Positions 29,430 through 38,778 of a stretch of 64,000 nucleotides of DNA are shown here, piece after piece. How positions within the stretch are numbered: position 1 is the stretch's first letter; every line of letters begins with the position of its first letter. Below the pieces are notes generated by a model that saw only the letters and a list, made by a program, of their open reading frames with translations, was not told the origin of the DNA and did not search any database. Made by a program: the position numbers and the translations under genes. Source of the DNA: Longimicrobiales bacterium (GTDB lineage Bacteria > Gemmatimonadota > Gemmatimonadetes > Longimicrobiales > Gaopeijiaceae); assembly GCA_965219445.1 (NCBI GenBank), contig CBDCNQ010000001.1, positions 1 to 64,000 of the forward strand, in the 5' to 3' direction.

Positions 29430-30170
29430 ACCGGTTGCGACTCCGCTCCTCGCTTCGCGGATGAGATCACCCATCTCGCGAACGGCACGCTCCATACCGA
29501 CCAGGACGGCCCGTGAGACGATGGAGTGCCCAATGTTCAACTCCTCGATCGGGGCGATCGCCGCGACGGGAGTGACGTTCTCATAGGTGAGACCGTGGCC
29601 CGCGTGCACGGCCAAACCCAGCCCGATGGCGGTCTGGGCCGCGGAGCGGAGCCGAGCCAACTGCACGTCCCGCTCTTGGGGTTCCGCGGCGTTGGCATAT
29701 TCTCCAGTGTGTAGCTCGACGGCGGTGACCCCGAGCTCCGCCGATATCTCCAGCGTCTTTTCATCCGGATCGACGAAGAGCGAAGTCCTGATCCCGGCCG
29801 ATGAGAGCCTTCTTATCGCCTCGGCTGTCGCGGTTTGGACCCCTTGTTCGTGAAGGGCCAACCCTCCCTCGGTCGTGACCTCTTCACGGCTTTCCGGAAC
29901 CAGCGTCGCTTGCATGGGCCCCAGATCACATGCGATGTCCAAGACGTCCTTGGCGGCGGCAAGCTCGAGGTTCACGCCCGTCCGCACGGTCTCCATGAGA
30001 ACACGGACGTCGCGCTCACTCACATGGCGGCGATCCTCCCGGAGGTGGACCGTAATGCCATGCGCTCCGGCAAGCTCCACGAGCATCGCGGCGCGGACCG
30101 GGTCGGGCTCATCGGTCCCTCGCGCCTCACGGACGGTCGCAACATGATCGACATTGACGTAGAACCTCAT
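29418..30170 (-). CDS. pdxJ: Pyridoxine 5'-phosphate synthase
   Basis: [41 protein letters not shown]. Confidence 0.97.
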   Translation of the reverse strand: MRFYVNVDHVATVREARGTDEPDPVRAAMLVELAGAHGITVHLREDRRHVSERDVRVLMETVRTGVNLELAAAKDVLDIACDLGPMQATLVPESREEVTTEGGLALHEQGVQTATAEAIRRLSSAGIRTSLFVDPDEKTLEISAELGVTAVELHTGEYANAAEPQERDVQLARLRSAAQTAIGLGLAVHAGHGLTYENVTPVAAIAPIEELNIGHSIVSRAVLVGMERAVREMGDLIREARSGVATGEGC

Positions 30171-30285
30171 CCGATTACCTCGAGTAGCTTCTGAACAGAT
30201 TCAACAGGCCACAAGGTAATTGGATCCGAGCACTTCCGCCGTGTTCGCGAGGGGCGGAGCGTTACGAGGGCGCACAGTCATTCCT

Positions 30286-31572
30286 TTATGCCCGCGGTCC
30301 GTGGTCCCGAGCCAACTCGACGCTCGGCCGCTGAAGGAGGCGGCCGGCCACGGGTCCAGGTACACGGACCTCCAGCTCGATAACGTCTCCGTCTTGAGAT
30401 TGGCCGAGTACTTCCCCTTCCCGGTAGAGCATCGCCAGAGTTTCCCCATCATACGCGCCGACGCGCAGCGAGAGATGGCGAAGCCCACCTCGAATCCGAG
30501 CTTTGAATAGGGCCCGGAGCGGCTCGAGCGTTTCTGGTCGAAACGCAGACAGGAAGATTGCGGGCCTCGCATCGAACGCCCGGATACGCCTACTGAGCGC
30601 CTCCTCCTCGGCATGGGTCAGCCGATCCACCTTGTTGAATACCAAGATTTGAGGGCGATCCGACAGATCGAGGTCATCGAGAACGCCCTCGACCACGCGC
30701 TTTTGTTCTTCCCAGCCCGCGTACGACGCGTCGATGACGTGCGCCAGGACATCGGCTTCCCGGGCCTCCTCGAGCGTCGAGCGGAACGACGCGACAAGAT
30801 GGTGTGGCAGTTTCCGAATGAAACCCACGGTGTCCGTAACGAGGGCCTCGAACCTCTCGCCGAGGTCCACCGAGCGTGTCGCGGAATCAAGCGTGGCGAA
30901 GAGGCGGTCCTCGACGAAAAGATCTGCTCCGGAAAGCGCGCGAAGGAGTGAAGATTTTCCCGCGTTCGTATATCCGACGAGAGCCACTCGGAATTTGCCC
31001 TCCCGCGATTGCCGTTGGATGGTCTGAGCCTGCGTGACAGTCTCGAGTTTCTTTCGGAGATCGGCGATTCTACGCCCGATCAACCGCCGATCCGATTCGA
31101 GCTGCGTCTCCCCCGGTCCCCGAAGGCCCACTCCACCCCGGATGCGCGAAAGGTGGGTCCACATTCGCTTCAGCCGGGGAAGTAAGTATTGAAGCTGCGC
31201 CAATTCGACCTGCATCTTGGCTTCGCCGGAGCGAGCGCGAGTGGCGAAGATGTCGAGGATGAGCTCGGCGCGATCGAGGACCCGAACACCGATGATATCC
31301 TCGAGCGCCTTGCCTTGCGCTGGCGTGAGCTCGTCGTCGAAGATCACGAGGTCCGCGTCGGCGCCGGCCACACGCTCCCGAAGCTCATCGACCTTGCCCT
31401 TCCCGACGTAGAAGCGTGGATGGGGGGCTTCGATCCGTTGGCGAACGACGTCGACGACCTGACCACCGGCCGTGTCGGTCAACAGGGTCAACTCCTCGAG
31501 ATGTTCCCGGGCGATGCCCTCATCGAGGCTCTTCAACGGTGCCCCAACGAGTATGGCCCGATCCACACTCAC
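30286..31572 (-). CDS. hflX: GTPase HflX
   Basis: RGPGETQLE, GYTNAGKS, LFATLD, DTVGFI, NKVD. Confidence 0.97.
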   Translation of the reverse strand: MSVDRAILVGAPLKSLDEGIAREHLEELTLLTDTAGGQVVDVVRQRIEAPHPRFYVGKGKVDELRERVAGADADLVIFDDELTPAQGKALEDIIGVRVLDRAELILDIFATRARSGEAKMQVELAQLQYLLPRLKRMWTHLSRIRGGVGLRGPGETQLESDRRLIGRRIADLRKKLETVTQAQTIQRQSREGKFRVALVGYTNAGKSSLLRALSGADLFVEDRLFATLDSATRSVDLGERFEALVTDTVGFIRKLPHHLVASFRSTLEEAREADVLAHVIDASYAGWEEQKRVVEGVLDDLDLSDRPQILVFNKVDRLTHAEEEALSRRIRAFDARPAIFLSAFRPETLEPLRALFKARIRGGLRHLSLRVGAYDGETLAMLYREGEVLGQSQDGDVIELEVRVPGPVAGRLLQRPSVELARDHGPRA

Positions 31573-31611
31573 GCGGTTGTCGATCAGCTGGGTAGGAATG
31601 TTGCCTCCACG

Positions 31612-32946
31612 CTACGACTCTGGATCGGCGGAGGCGAGAAAGCCGCCCTGCAAGGCCAGGGCCTCGAGGTCGGCCCGGTTGTTCACTTCGGGACGGTCGA
31701 GGACCTCCTCCAAAAGGAATCGAAGGATTTCACCGAATTGGGGCCCAGGAGGCAATCCCAAATCCTTGAGATCGGAGCCGTCCAGCGCGAGGTCCGCGAT
31801 CGTGAGCGGTGAGCCCTCGCGAAGAATCGCTCGAAGAGAGCTGACCCGACGGATGACGTCTGCTTTCTCTGACTTCTCCAGCCCACGAGCCCCCGCGAGC
31901 CAAGCCCGCGCAATGTCGGCGAAGTGTTCGGGCCCCACCCGATTGAGCCACCGCCTGAGGGCCGCGGGCTCTTCGGACAGCGGAGCGGGGAATAGACTCG
32001 CGGCCACCGTCGCCACCCGCTTCGTATGGGCGTTGGAGAACCGAAGCCGCTCCATCAACCTCTCGATCGCACGGCGTCGCGCGTCGCGCGCGGCAACTTC
32101 CGCCTCGGGTGTCATGCCCTGCTCATCGATCTCTGCCTGTCCTTCGCTCGTCCAAGCGAGCGCGAATAGGAGCGAGAGGCGCACCAACGGCCGAGTGCGG
32201 GGCACGGCATCGCAGGCCGACAGCGTAGGGTCGATCGGGTGTCCCAGATCGAGTTCGGGATACAACTCCCCGAAAACTCCCGATTCGGCATAGAGCCCCA
32301 GCGCCACCGAAGGACTCGCCCCCTGTGACAACACCTTCATTATCTCTTCTTGAATCCGCTCGGCGGATAACTGTGACAGCTTAGGGACTGCAGTTAGAAG
32401 GCCTCTCCATGTTCCCCCTTCGATCGTCAGTCCGAATTGGCCGGCGAACCGGAGCGCCCTTAGCACGCGTAACAGATCCTCGGCGAAACGCTCGGCCGGG
32501 TCCCCGACGGTCCGGAGAATGCTTTCGCTCACATCGGTGGCGCCGTTCCAGGGATCCAGAAGCTGGTCGCGGCCAGGGTGCCACGCGAGCGCATTGAGAG
32601 TGAAGTCCCTTCGGGAAAGATCGTCTTCGATGCTGTCGGCGAATTCCACGACGGCGCGCCGACCGAACGTCTCGACATCGCGTCGGAAGGTCGTGACTTC
32701 ATAGAGCGTTCCATCGGGAGCGAGGACGCCTACCGTTCCATGATCCACCCCGATGGGCACCGTCCGGCGGAAGGCACGCATGATTTGCTTCGGACGCGCC
32801 CTCGTCGCGAAGTCCCAATCGCCCCCGGGCCGCCCCAGCATTATGTCGCGAATCGCCCCCCCGACAATCCAGGTCTCGAACCCAGCTTCCTCGAGGGTGC
32901 GCCAGATCCAGAGGACCTGATCGGGCGGGGATACCTCGAAATTCAT
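31612..32946 (-). CDS. cca: tRNA nucleotidyltransferase (class II, CCA-adding family)
   Basis: VGGAIRD..DWD, RRDFTLNA, EDLLRVLRALRF, SAERI. Confidence 0.88.
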   Translation of the reverse strand: MNFEVSPPDQVLWIWRTLEEAGFETWIVGGAIRDIMLGRPGGDWDFATRARPKQIMRAFRRTVPIGVDHGTVGVLAPDGTLYEVTTFRRDVETFGRRAVVEFADSIEDDLSRRDFTLNALAWHPGRDQLLDPWNGATDVSESILRTVGDPAERFAEDLLRVLRALRFAGQFGLTIEGGTWRGLLTAVPKLSQLSAERIQEEIMKVLSQGASPSVALGLYAESGVFGELYPELDLGHPIDPTLSACDAVPRTRPLVRLSLLFALAWTSEGQAEIDEQGMTPEAEVAARDARRRAIERLMERLRFSNAHTKRVATVAASLFPAPLSEEPAALRRWLNRVGPEHFADIARAWLAGARGLEKSEKADVIRRVSSLRAILREGSPLTIADLALDGSDLKDLGLPPGPQFGEILRFLLEEVLDRPEVNNRADLEALALQGGFLASADPES

Positions 32947-32950
32947 TACC

Positions 32951-33523
32951 CTACGAAGAGCCCTCGGCGAAATGACGGTCGACGCTCTCACAGATGGCGT
33001 GCCCGATGGCGAGGTGGAGCTCTTGCGCACGAGCCACGGTCTCGGTGGGAATGACGAGAGCGAGATCCACTTCCTGCCGCAGGCACCCACCACCCCGGGC
33101 AAGAAGGGCCACAGTGCGCACTCGCGCGCTTCGCGCTGCCGCCGCCGCACCAAGAAGATTTTCCGACTCTCCGCTGGTGGAGTGGAGAAAGAGAAGATCG
33201 CCCTCACGGGCCAGCGCCTCGATCTGACGAGCGAACACGTCCTCGAAGCTGAAGTCGTTGGCACCGGCTGTGAGGACTGAGGTGTCGGTCGTGAGTGCCA
33301 ACGCACGTAACGGCCCCCGGGTCCGTCTGAACCGCATCACGTATTCCGCCGCCAGGTGCTGCGCGTCCGCGGCCGAGCCCCCATTTCCGCAGAAGAAGAG
33401 AGTGCCACCCCGCTCCAAAGTTTCCTGGACCATTGCGCCAGCCTGTGCGATCGGACCTGCTAGCTCCTGCGCACAAACCGCCGCCAACTCGGACAGCTCG
33501 ATCAGCTCGCTCGATTGATTCAT
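32951..33523 (-). CDS. gmhA: Phosphoheptose isomerase (SIS domain)
   Basis: CGNGGSAADAQH, STSGES, AQELH. Confidence 0.93.
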   Translation of the reverse strand: MNQSSELIELSELAAVCAQELAGPIAQAGAMVQETLERGGTLFFCGNGGSAADAQHLAAEYVMRFRRTRGPLRALALTTDTSVLTAGANDFSFEDVFARQIEALAREGDLLFLHSTSGESENLLGAAAAARSARVRTVALLARGGGCLRQEVDLALVIPTETVARAQELHLAIGHAICESVDRHFAEGSS

Positions 33524-33539
33524 TTGGCTCGGCGCCCGT

Positions 33540-34358
33540 TTAGCCCTTGAAGATTCTTGTGAACCGATCCCAGATCCCCTCGCGAATCCGCAGCGGGGGA
33601 ACCGGCAAAGGCAGCTCGTCCCTGATGACTCGCCCCGGATTACTCACCGTGAGGAGCTCGAACTGTTTCAGACCGTCGTGCGTCGCGAAGAATCCCTCCG
33701 CATCCTCAAGATGGATCTCGAGGCTTGCTCTAGCGTGAAAATCGCTCGACAGAAGATCCACCCAACCACGTTCAAGAAGCTCGGACGCCGCTCCACACGC
33801 CTCGGGACCGTAGCGTCCGACGAGGGACCCGTGGTTGACCTGAAGGAACGCACCGGCGCTACGCCAGGCCCCCGCGCAATCCAAGTCCTGCCTGATTCCT
33901 GAGTACCTCTCGGGGTGCGCAAGGATCGGGTGGTACCCCGCCTTCGCAATCCGCTCAATCACCGGCCCCGTCATCGGAGGAATCTGAAGGCGGGGCCACT
34001 CGACCAAAACGAAGGAGGTGCCGGCTAGGCGGAGGCGAGCATCGGTGAAGTCGGGGTCCGGCACGTCGAGCATCACCTCGTGTCCCCGAAGGAGCTCGAC
34101 ATCCGGGAAGCGCTGCCGTACCTGTTCGGCCAACTCCTGCCAGGGCAGATCGACCTCGTCCAACCATGTCCCGAGCAACCTGGAATCACGTGTGAGACTC
34201 GCGTTCACATGAGGAGTCGTGACGATTCGTCCTATTCCAGCCGCCACCATTCGCTCGACGCCCTCGAGGGCCTCTTCCAGGGTCCGCGCCCCATCATCGA
34301 CTCCGGGTACGAGATGACTGTGAAGGTCCCCCACAGAGGCCTGGCCGACTGGTGTCAC
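33540..34358 (-). CDS. CpsB/CapC-family PHP tyrosine phosphatase
   Basis: DLHSHLVPGVDDG, TTPH, AHPERY, SSDFH. Confidence 0.9.
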   Translation of the reverse strand: MTPVGQASVGDLHSHLVPGVDDGARTLEEALEGVERMVAAGIGRIVTTPHVNASLTRDSRLLGTWLDEVDLPWQELAEQVRQRFPDVELLRGHEVMLDVPDPDFTDARLRLAGTSFVLVEWPRLQIPPMTGPVIERIAKAGYHPILAHPERYSGIRQDLDCAGAWRSAGAFLQVNHGSLVGRYGPEACGAASELLERGWVDLLSSDFHARASLEIHLEDAEGFFATHDGLKQFELLTVSNPGRVIRDELPLPVPPLRIREGIWDRFTRIFKG

Positions 34359-34675
34359 TCGGCCGCCCCTCCAGACCACACGCCGACAAAGAGTTCAGAG
34401 AGCACACCTCGTACGTCGCGCCCCTCCGAGGCGGCTTCACAACCGTAGGTGATCAGCGCATCGGCAGCCAGAAGTTGGTACGCCGCCTCCCGTTCTCGGC
34501 CGGGCCGCACCACGGCGTTCTCCAGATGCGCCAGCGCCGCCTTCACGAGGGATCCCGGCACCGAAGCCACGCCGCCATCGGGATCTCCACGCTCATCCGG
34601 AATCTTCAACCAAGCCTTCAATTCGTCCGGAGCCGGAGGCGTGCGTGTGGCGAGCCAATCGATCACCGAGTCCAT
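34355..34675 (-). CDS. Hypothetical protein
   Basis: Start/stop overlaps with both neighbours; LLAADALITY motif. Confidence 0.7.
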   Translation of the reverse strand: MDSVIDWLATRTPPAPDELKAWLKIPDERGDPDGGVASVPGSLVKAALAHLENAVVRPGREREAAYQLLAADALITYGCEAASEGRDVRGVLSELFVGVWSGGAAE

Positions 34676-37347
34676 CAGCCCCCGGCTTCACGAGCGAGCC
34701 TCTCCACCACCTCTCGCCCCATTCGGAGCGCCTCGTCAATGCGTTCGGGGTCCTCGACGCCAGCCTGAGCCATATGGGGCCGCCCACCGCCCCGGCCTCC
34801 GACCAGAGAGGCGATCTCACGAACGACCGCGTCGGCTCGAACGCCGTGCCCGATCAAGTCGTCACTGACGAAAGCGAAAAGAGTATGTTTGCCCTCCGGC
34901 AGATCGGCCGACACCACCGCGACGCCGCTTGGTTCCTCCATGAGAAAGTTGTCGCCCCACTTTCGAGCGTCGTCGGCGTTACGGGCCCGAAGTCGTACCG
35001 CCCTGTACTCGGTGGTCGCGCCGTCGGTTAAGATGGCGTCCCGCAGAACGACACTCTCGCCGGCCCCTCCCCCGCTTCGGAGTTCGTCCAGAAGGCCCTC
35101 CAGTTCCTTCATCTGGGAGACGAGTTGCCCGGCTCGGGCCGCAGCATTTTCCTGAGATGTTCCGAGAACCGCGGCGACCTCGTCCAGTCGGCTCGACCGC
35201 TCTTCCAGACTCTGGAGGGCCCGGCGGCCCGTGAACGCCTCGATGCGCCGCACGCCGGCGGCCACGCCGCTCTCACTCGTGATCTTGAATAAACCGATCT
35301 CCCCCGTGTGCCCGACGTGGGTCCCCCCGCAAAGCTCCATGCTGACGCCGGGTATCTCGACGACCCGAACCCAGTCATCGTACTTCTCCCCAAAGAGCGC
35401 CATCGCCCCATCGCGGACGGCTTCATCGTAGGCGCGAGTCCCAGTGATAAGAGGGTGATTCTCCCAGACCCCCTCGCGCACCATCTCTTCTACCTCATGT
35501 CGCTCGTCCTCCGTCATGGGCGCGGTATGTGAAAAATCGAACCTCAGCCGATCCGGGTCCACAAGCGAGCCACGCTGCACCACGTGAGTCCCCAAGACTC
35601 TCCGAAGCGCCGCATGCAGGAGGTGGGTGGCGGTGTGATTCCTCTGTGTATCTCGCCGCGGGCTCGAATCCACGATCGCCCGAACACGAACCGGCGCGTC
35701 CGGTGACGCGGGAAACGCTCCCTCCGGAACCGTCCCGAGCAACGCAACTCGATCACCCACTCTGGCCACATCTCGGATCTCGCTCGTCCACCCATCTCCC
35801 TCCACGAGGCCCGTGTCGGAAACCTGACCTCCCCCTTCGACGTAGAACGGATTCTCGGCGAGCTGGAGGGCCAGACCCTCCTCAGAGATCCGCATGGCCA
35901 ACACCTCTGTTTCGGACTCCAGCTCATCGTAGCCAGTGAAACGCTGTTCGCCCTGCACCTGGAGGGTCTGCCATCCCTCCGCGAGGTCCTGGCCCGAAAG
36001 CTCGAGGCCGGACTGGGCCCGGTCCGCCCGGCTGCGCTCCCGCTGCCCCTCCAAGGCCCTCTCAAACCCTTTGACGTCGACGCTGTAGCCCCTTTCCTCC
36101 GCCATGAGCTCAGTTAGGTCGAGAGGGAAGCCGAACGTGTCATACAATTTGAAGGCGTCTTCCCCGGAGATCACCGCTTTCCCCTCCCCCGGGGCCTCGG
36201 ATCCTGGCGCCAACTCATCGAAGCGGGCCAACCCACCCTCGATCGTGGAGAGAAACCGGTGTTCCTCCGCGCGCGTGGTGCTCAGGACATGCTCCCGATT
36301 CTCCTCAAGCTCGGGATACGCTTCCCCCATGCTCTCGATCACGGCGGCGACTACCTCGACCAGCGTCGGCTCGCGGCGTCCCAGCAGCCACGCGTGTCGA
36401 ACCGCCCTCCTCAGGATGCGCCTCAGCACATATCCCCGCCCCACGTTGGAAGGAAACACACCATCCGACAGAAGAAAGGCGACGGCGCGGGCATGATCCG
36501 CTATGACCCGGTAACTGACGCCCTCATCCGTCTCAGGTTCGTACGGGCGCCCCAAGATTCCAGATACGGCTTCGAGCAGAGGGGTGAACGCGTCCGTTTG
36601 GTAGTTCGAGTCCACGCCCTGGACCACCGCCGCTAGACGTTCCAGCCCGGCCCCCGTATCGATGGAGGGCGCGGGTAGTGGGTGTAGCCTGCCCTCTTCG
36701 TCGCGGTTGAACTGCATGAAGACCAGATTCCACAATTCGACGAAGATCCCGCGCTCTCCGAGATCGACGAACTCCTCGAGGGTGGGGGTGTTTTTCCGGT
36801 CCTTGGCCGACCGCAGATCGTAGTGTAGCTCGGAACATGGGCCGCACGGGCCAGTATCGGCCATCTGCCAGAAGTTGTCTTTGTCGCCGAGCCGGAAAAT
36901 CCGTTCCGGCGGGACATCCACCACCTCCTGCCACAGATCGCACGCCTCGTCATCGGAGCGGTGGATCGAAATGAAGATCCGATCGGGATCCAGGCCCAGC
37001 CCGTCCGTCAGAAACTCCCAGGCGTAGGCGATCGCGTCTCGCTTGAAGTAATCCCCGAAGGAGAAATTTCCCAGCATCTCGAAGAACGTGTGATGCCTGG
37101 CGGTTCTCCCGACCTCTTCGAGATCGTTGTGCTTCCCACCGGCCCGGACGCACTTCTGGGACGTGGCGGCCCTCTTGAAGGGGAGTTCCTCCACGCCCAA
37201 GAAAACGCCCTTGAACTGGACCATGCCCGCGTTCGTGAACAGTAGGGTCGGGTCGTTCTTCGGCACCAGGGGCGAACTCGCCTCGACAGAGTGGCCTCGC
37301 GCGCGGAAATATTCGAGGAAACTCGTTCGGATTTCAGCTGTGGTCAT
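34675..37347 (-). CDS. alaS: Alanine--tRNA ligase
   Basis: LLFTNAGM, HHTFFEMLGNFS, HTATHLLH, ELCGGTH, GGGRP. Confidence 0.97.
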   Translation of the reverse strand: MTTAEIRTSFLEYFRARGHSVEASSPLVPKNDPTLLFTNAGMVQFKGVFLGVEELPFKRAATSQKCVRAGGKHNDLEEVGRTARHHTFFEMLGNFSFGDYFKRDAIAYAWEFLTDGLGLDPDRIFISIHRSDDEACDLWQEVVDVPPERIFRLGDKDNFWQMADTGPCGPCSELHYDLRSAKDRKNTPTLEEFVDLGERGIFVELWNLVFMQFNRDEEGRLHPLPAPSIDTGAGLERLAAVVQGVDSNYQTDAFTPLLEAVSGILGRPYEPETDEGVSYRVIADHARAVAFLLSDGVFPSNVGRGYVLRRILRRAVRHAWLLGRREPTLVEVVAAVIESMGEAYPELEENREHVLSTTRAEEHRFLSTIEGGLARFDELAPGSEAPGEGKAVISGEDAFKLYDTFGFPLDLTELMAEERGYSVDVKGFERALEGQRERSRADRAQSGLELSGQDLAEGWQTLQVQGEQRFTGYDELESETEVLAMRISEEGLALQLAENPFYVEGGGQVSDTGLVEGDGWTSEIRDVARVGDRVALLGTVPEGAFPASPDAPVRVRAIVDSSPRRDTQRNHTATHLLHAALRRVLGTHVVQRGSLVDPDRLRFDFSHTAPMTEDERHEVEEMVREGVWENHPLITGTRAYDEAVRDGAMALFGEKYDDWVRVVEIPGVSMELCGGTHVGHTGEIGLFKITSESGVAAGVRRIEAFTGRRALQSLEERSSRLDEVAAVLGTSQENAAARAGQLVSQMKELEGLLDELRSGGGAGESVVLRDAILTDGATTEYRAVRLRARNADDARKWGDNFLMEEPSGVAVVSADLPEGKHTLFAFVSDDLIGHGVRADAVVREIASLVGGRGGGRPHMAQAGVEDPERIDEALRMGREVVERLAREAGG

Positions 37348-37453
37348 GATGCCTGCTCTTGGGCGTCCATTGGCGCCCATTATAACGACTCGACAGGGCC
37401 GACCCAACACGGAACCAAAGGCATCGCGGCTTCCGATCTCGCCTATTTTATGC

Positions 37454-37486
37454 GAGAAAGCCCGGCCTACTCGGCCGGGCTTTCTC
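37454..37486. terminator. Perfect 14-bp hairpin downstream of recA
   Basis: gagaaagcccggcc-tactc-ggccgggctttctc. Confidence 0.7.
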
Positions 37487-37521
37487 ACCACTTCTCAGGT
37501 AGCCTTCCTCAATCGGGCCGA

Positions 37522-38607
37522 TCAACCGCCACCGCTGACCGCAGCCTCCTTCATAGGCGCGTCCAGAGTTTTTTCGACCTCCGGATCATCCCCCAGACCG
37601 ATCGAATCGCGGACTCGAGTGTCCACCTCCTCTAGCACATCCGGATTTTCTTTGAGGAAGTCCCTCGCATTCTCTTTGCCTTGTCCGAGACGTAGATCCC
37701 CATACGAATACCAGGATCCGGATTTCTCGACGATCCCCTCCTCCACACCAATATCGATGAGCAGGCTCTCATGGCTGATTCCGACGTTGTAGAGGATGTC
37801 AAATTCGGCCTGCCTGAACGGAGGCGCACACTTGTTCTTTACGACCTTCACTCGGGTGCGATTCCCGATAATGTCTGTTCCGTCTTTGATGGCGCCGATG
37901 CGACGAATATCCATGCGCAAAGAGGCATAAAACTTCAGCGCACGGCCCCCCGTCGTCGTCTCGGGGCTGCCGTACATGACCCCGATTTTCTCACGAATCT
38001 GGTTGGTGAAGATCACCGAGGTCTGGGAGCGGGCCACGGCACCCGTGAGCTTGCGTAGCGCCTGGCTCATCAGCCGAGCCTGTAGACCGACGTGCGAGTC
38101 ACCCATCTCGCCTTCGATCTCCGCCCTCGGGACTAGGGCAGCCACAGAATCGACGACAACGACATCGACTGCGTTACTTCGGATCAGTACCTCGGCGATC
38201 TCGAGCGCCTGCTCACCCGTATCCGGCTGGGACACGAGTAGGTTGTCTACGTCCACCCCGAGCCTACGGCAGTACCCCACGTCCAAAGCGTGCTCTGCAT
38301 CGATGAAGGCGGCGATCCCGCCCACCCGCTGCGCATTGGCGATGACATGAAGGCAGAGGGTGGTCTTACCACTCGACTCTGGGCCATAGATCTCGGTGAT
38401 CCTCCCCCTGGGGATGCCGCCGATGCCGATGGCCGAGTCGAGATTGATAGCCCCGGTGCCGATCGTCTCGATTTCTACCTTCATGCCGTCGTCGCCCATC
38501 CACATGATGGCGCCCTTCCCGTGGGAACGCTCGATCTGCGTGATAGCCGTCGTGAGGGCCTTCGTTTTCTGGTCGCTCCCGTCACTCTTCAGTTCAATCG
38601 TCGCCAT
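37522..38607 (-). CDS. recA: Recombinase RecA
   Basis: [24 protein letters not shown]. Confidence 0.98.
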   Translation of the reverse strand: MATIELKSDGSDQKTKALTTAITQIERSHGKGAIMWMGDDGMKVEIETIGTGAINLDSAIGIGGIPRGRITEIYGPESSGKTTLCLHVIANAQRVGGIAAFIDAEHALDVGYCRRLGVDVDNLLVSQPDTGEQALEIAEVLIRSNAVDVVVVDSVAALVPRAEIEGEMGDSHVGLQARLMSQALRKLTGAVARSQTSVIFTNQIREKIGVMYGSPETTTGGRALKFYASLRMDIRRIGAIKDGTDIIGNRTRVKVVKNKCAPPFRQAEFDILYNVGISHESLLIDIGVEEGIVEKSGSWYSYGDLRLGQGKENARDFLKENPDVLEEVDTRVRDSIGLGDDPEVEKTLDAPMKEAAVSGGG

Positions 38608-38778
38608 TGCATCCTCGCAGAATTCGTGGGTCCGGGGCCTATTGTACTACACCCGAAGATAAAGCGAAAGTCCTTTCGGCGGTCGATGATCACGGGCGGA
38701 ACTTACGGGGCCTCGCCGGGCCGGGAAATGTCCCTGCGAGACCTTCGCTCCAACCCGGATTCATGACGGAAACATGGG

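Noticed and set aside
29104..29533. Short ORFs repeated inside the MITE copies, and long antisense ORFs throughout the window
   Set aside because: Shadow frames of GC-rich genes or repeats, with inconsistent starts and stops between copies
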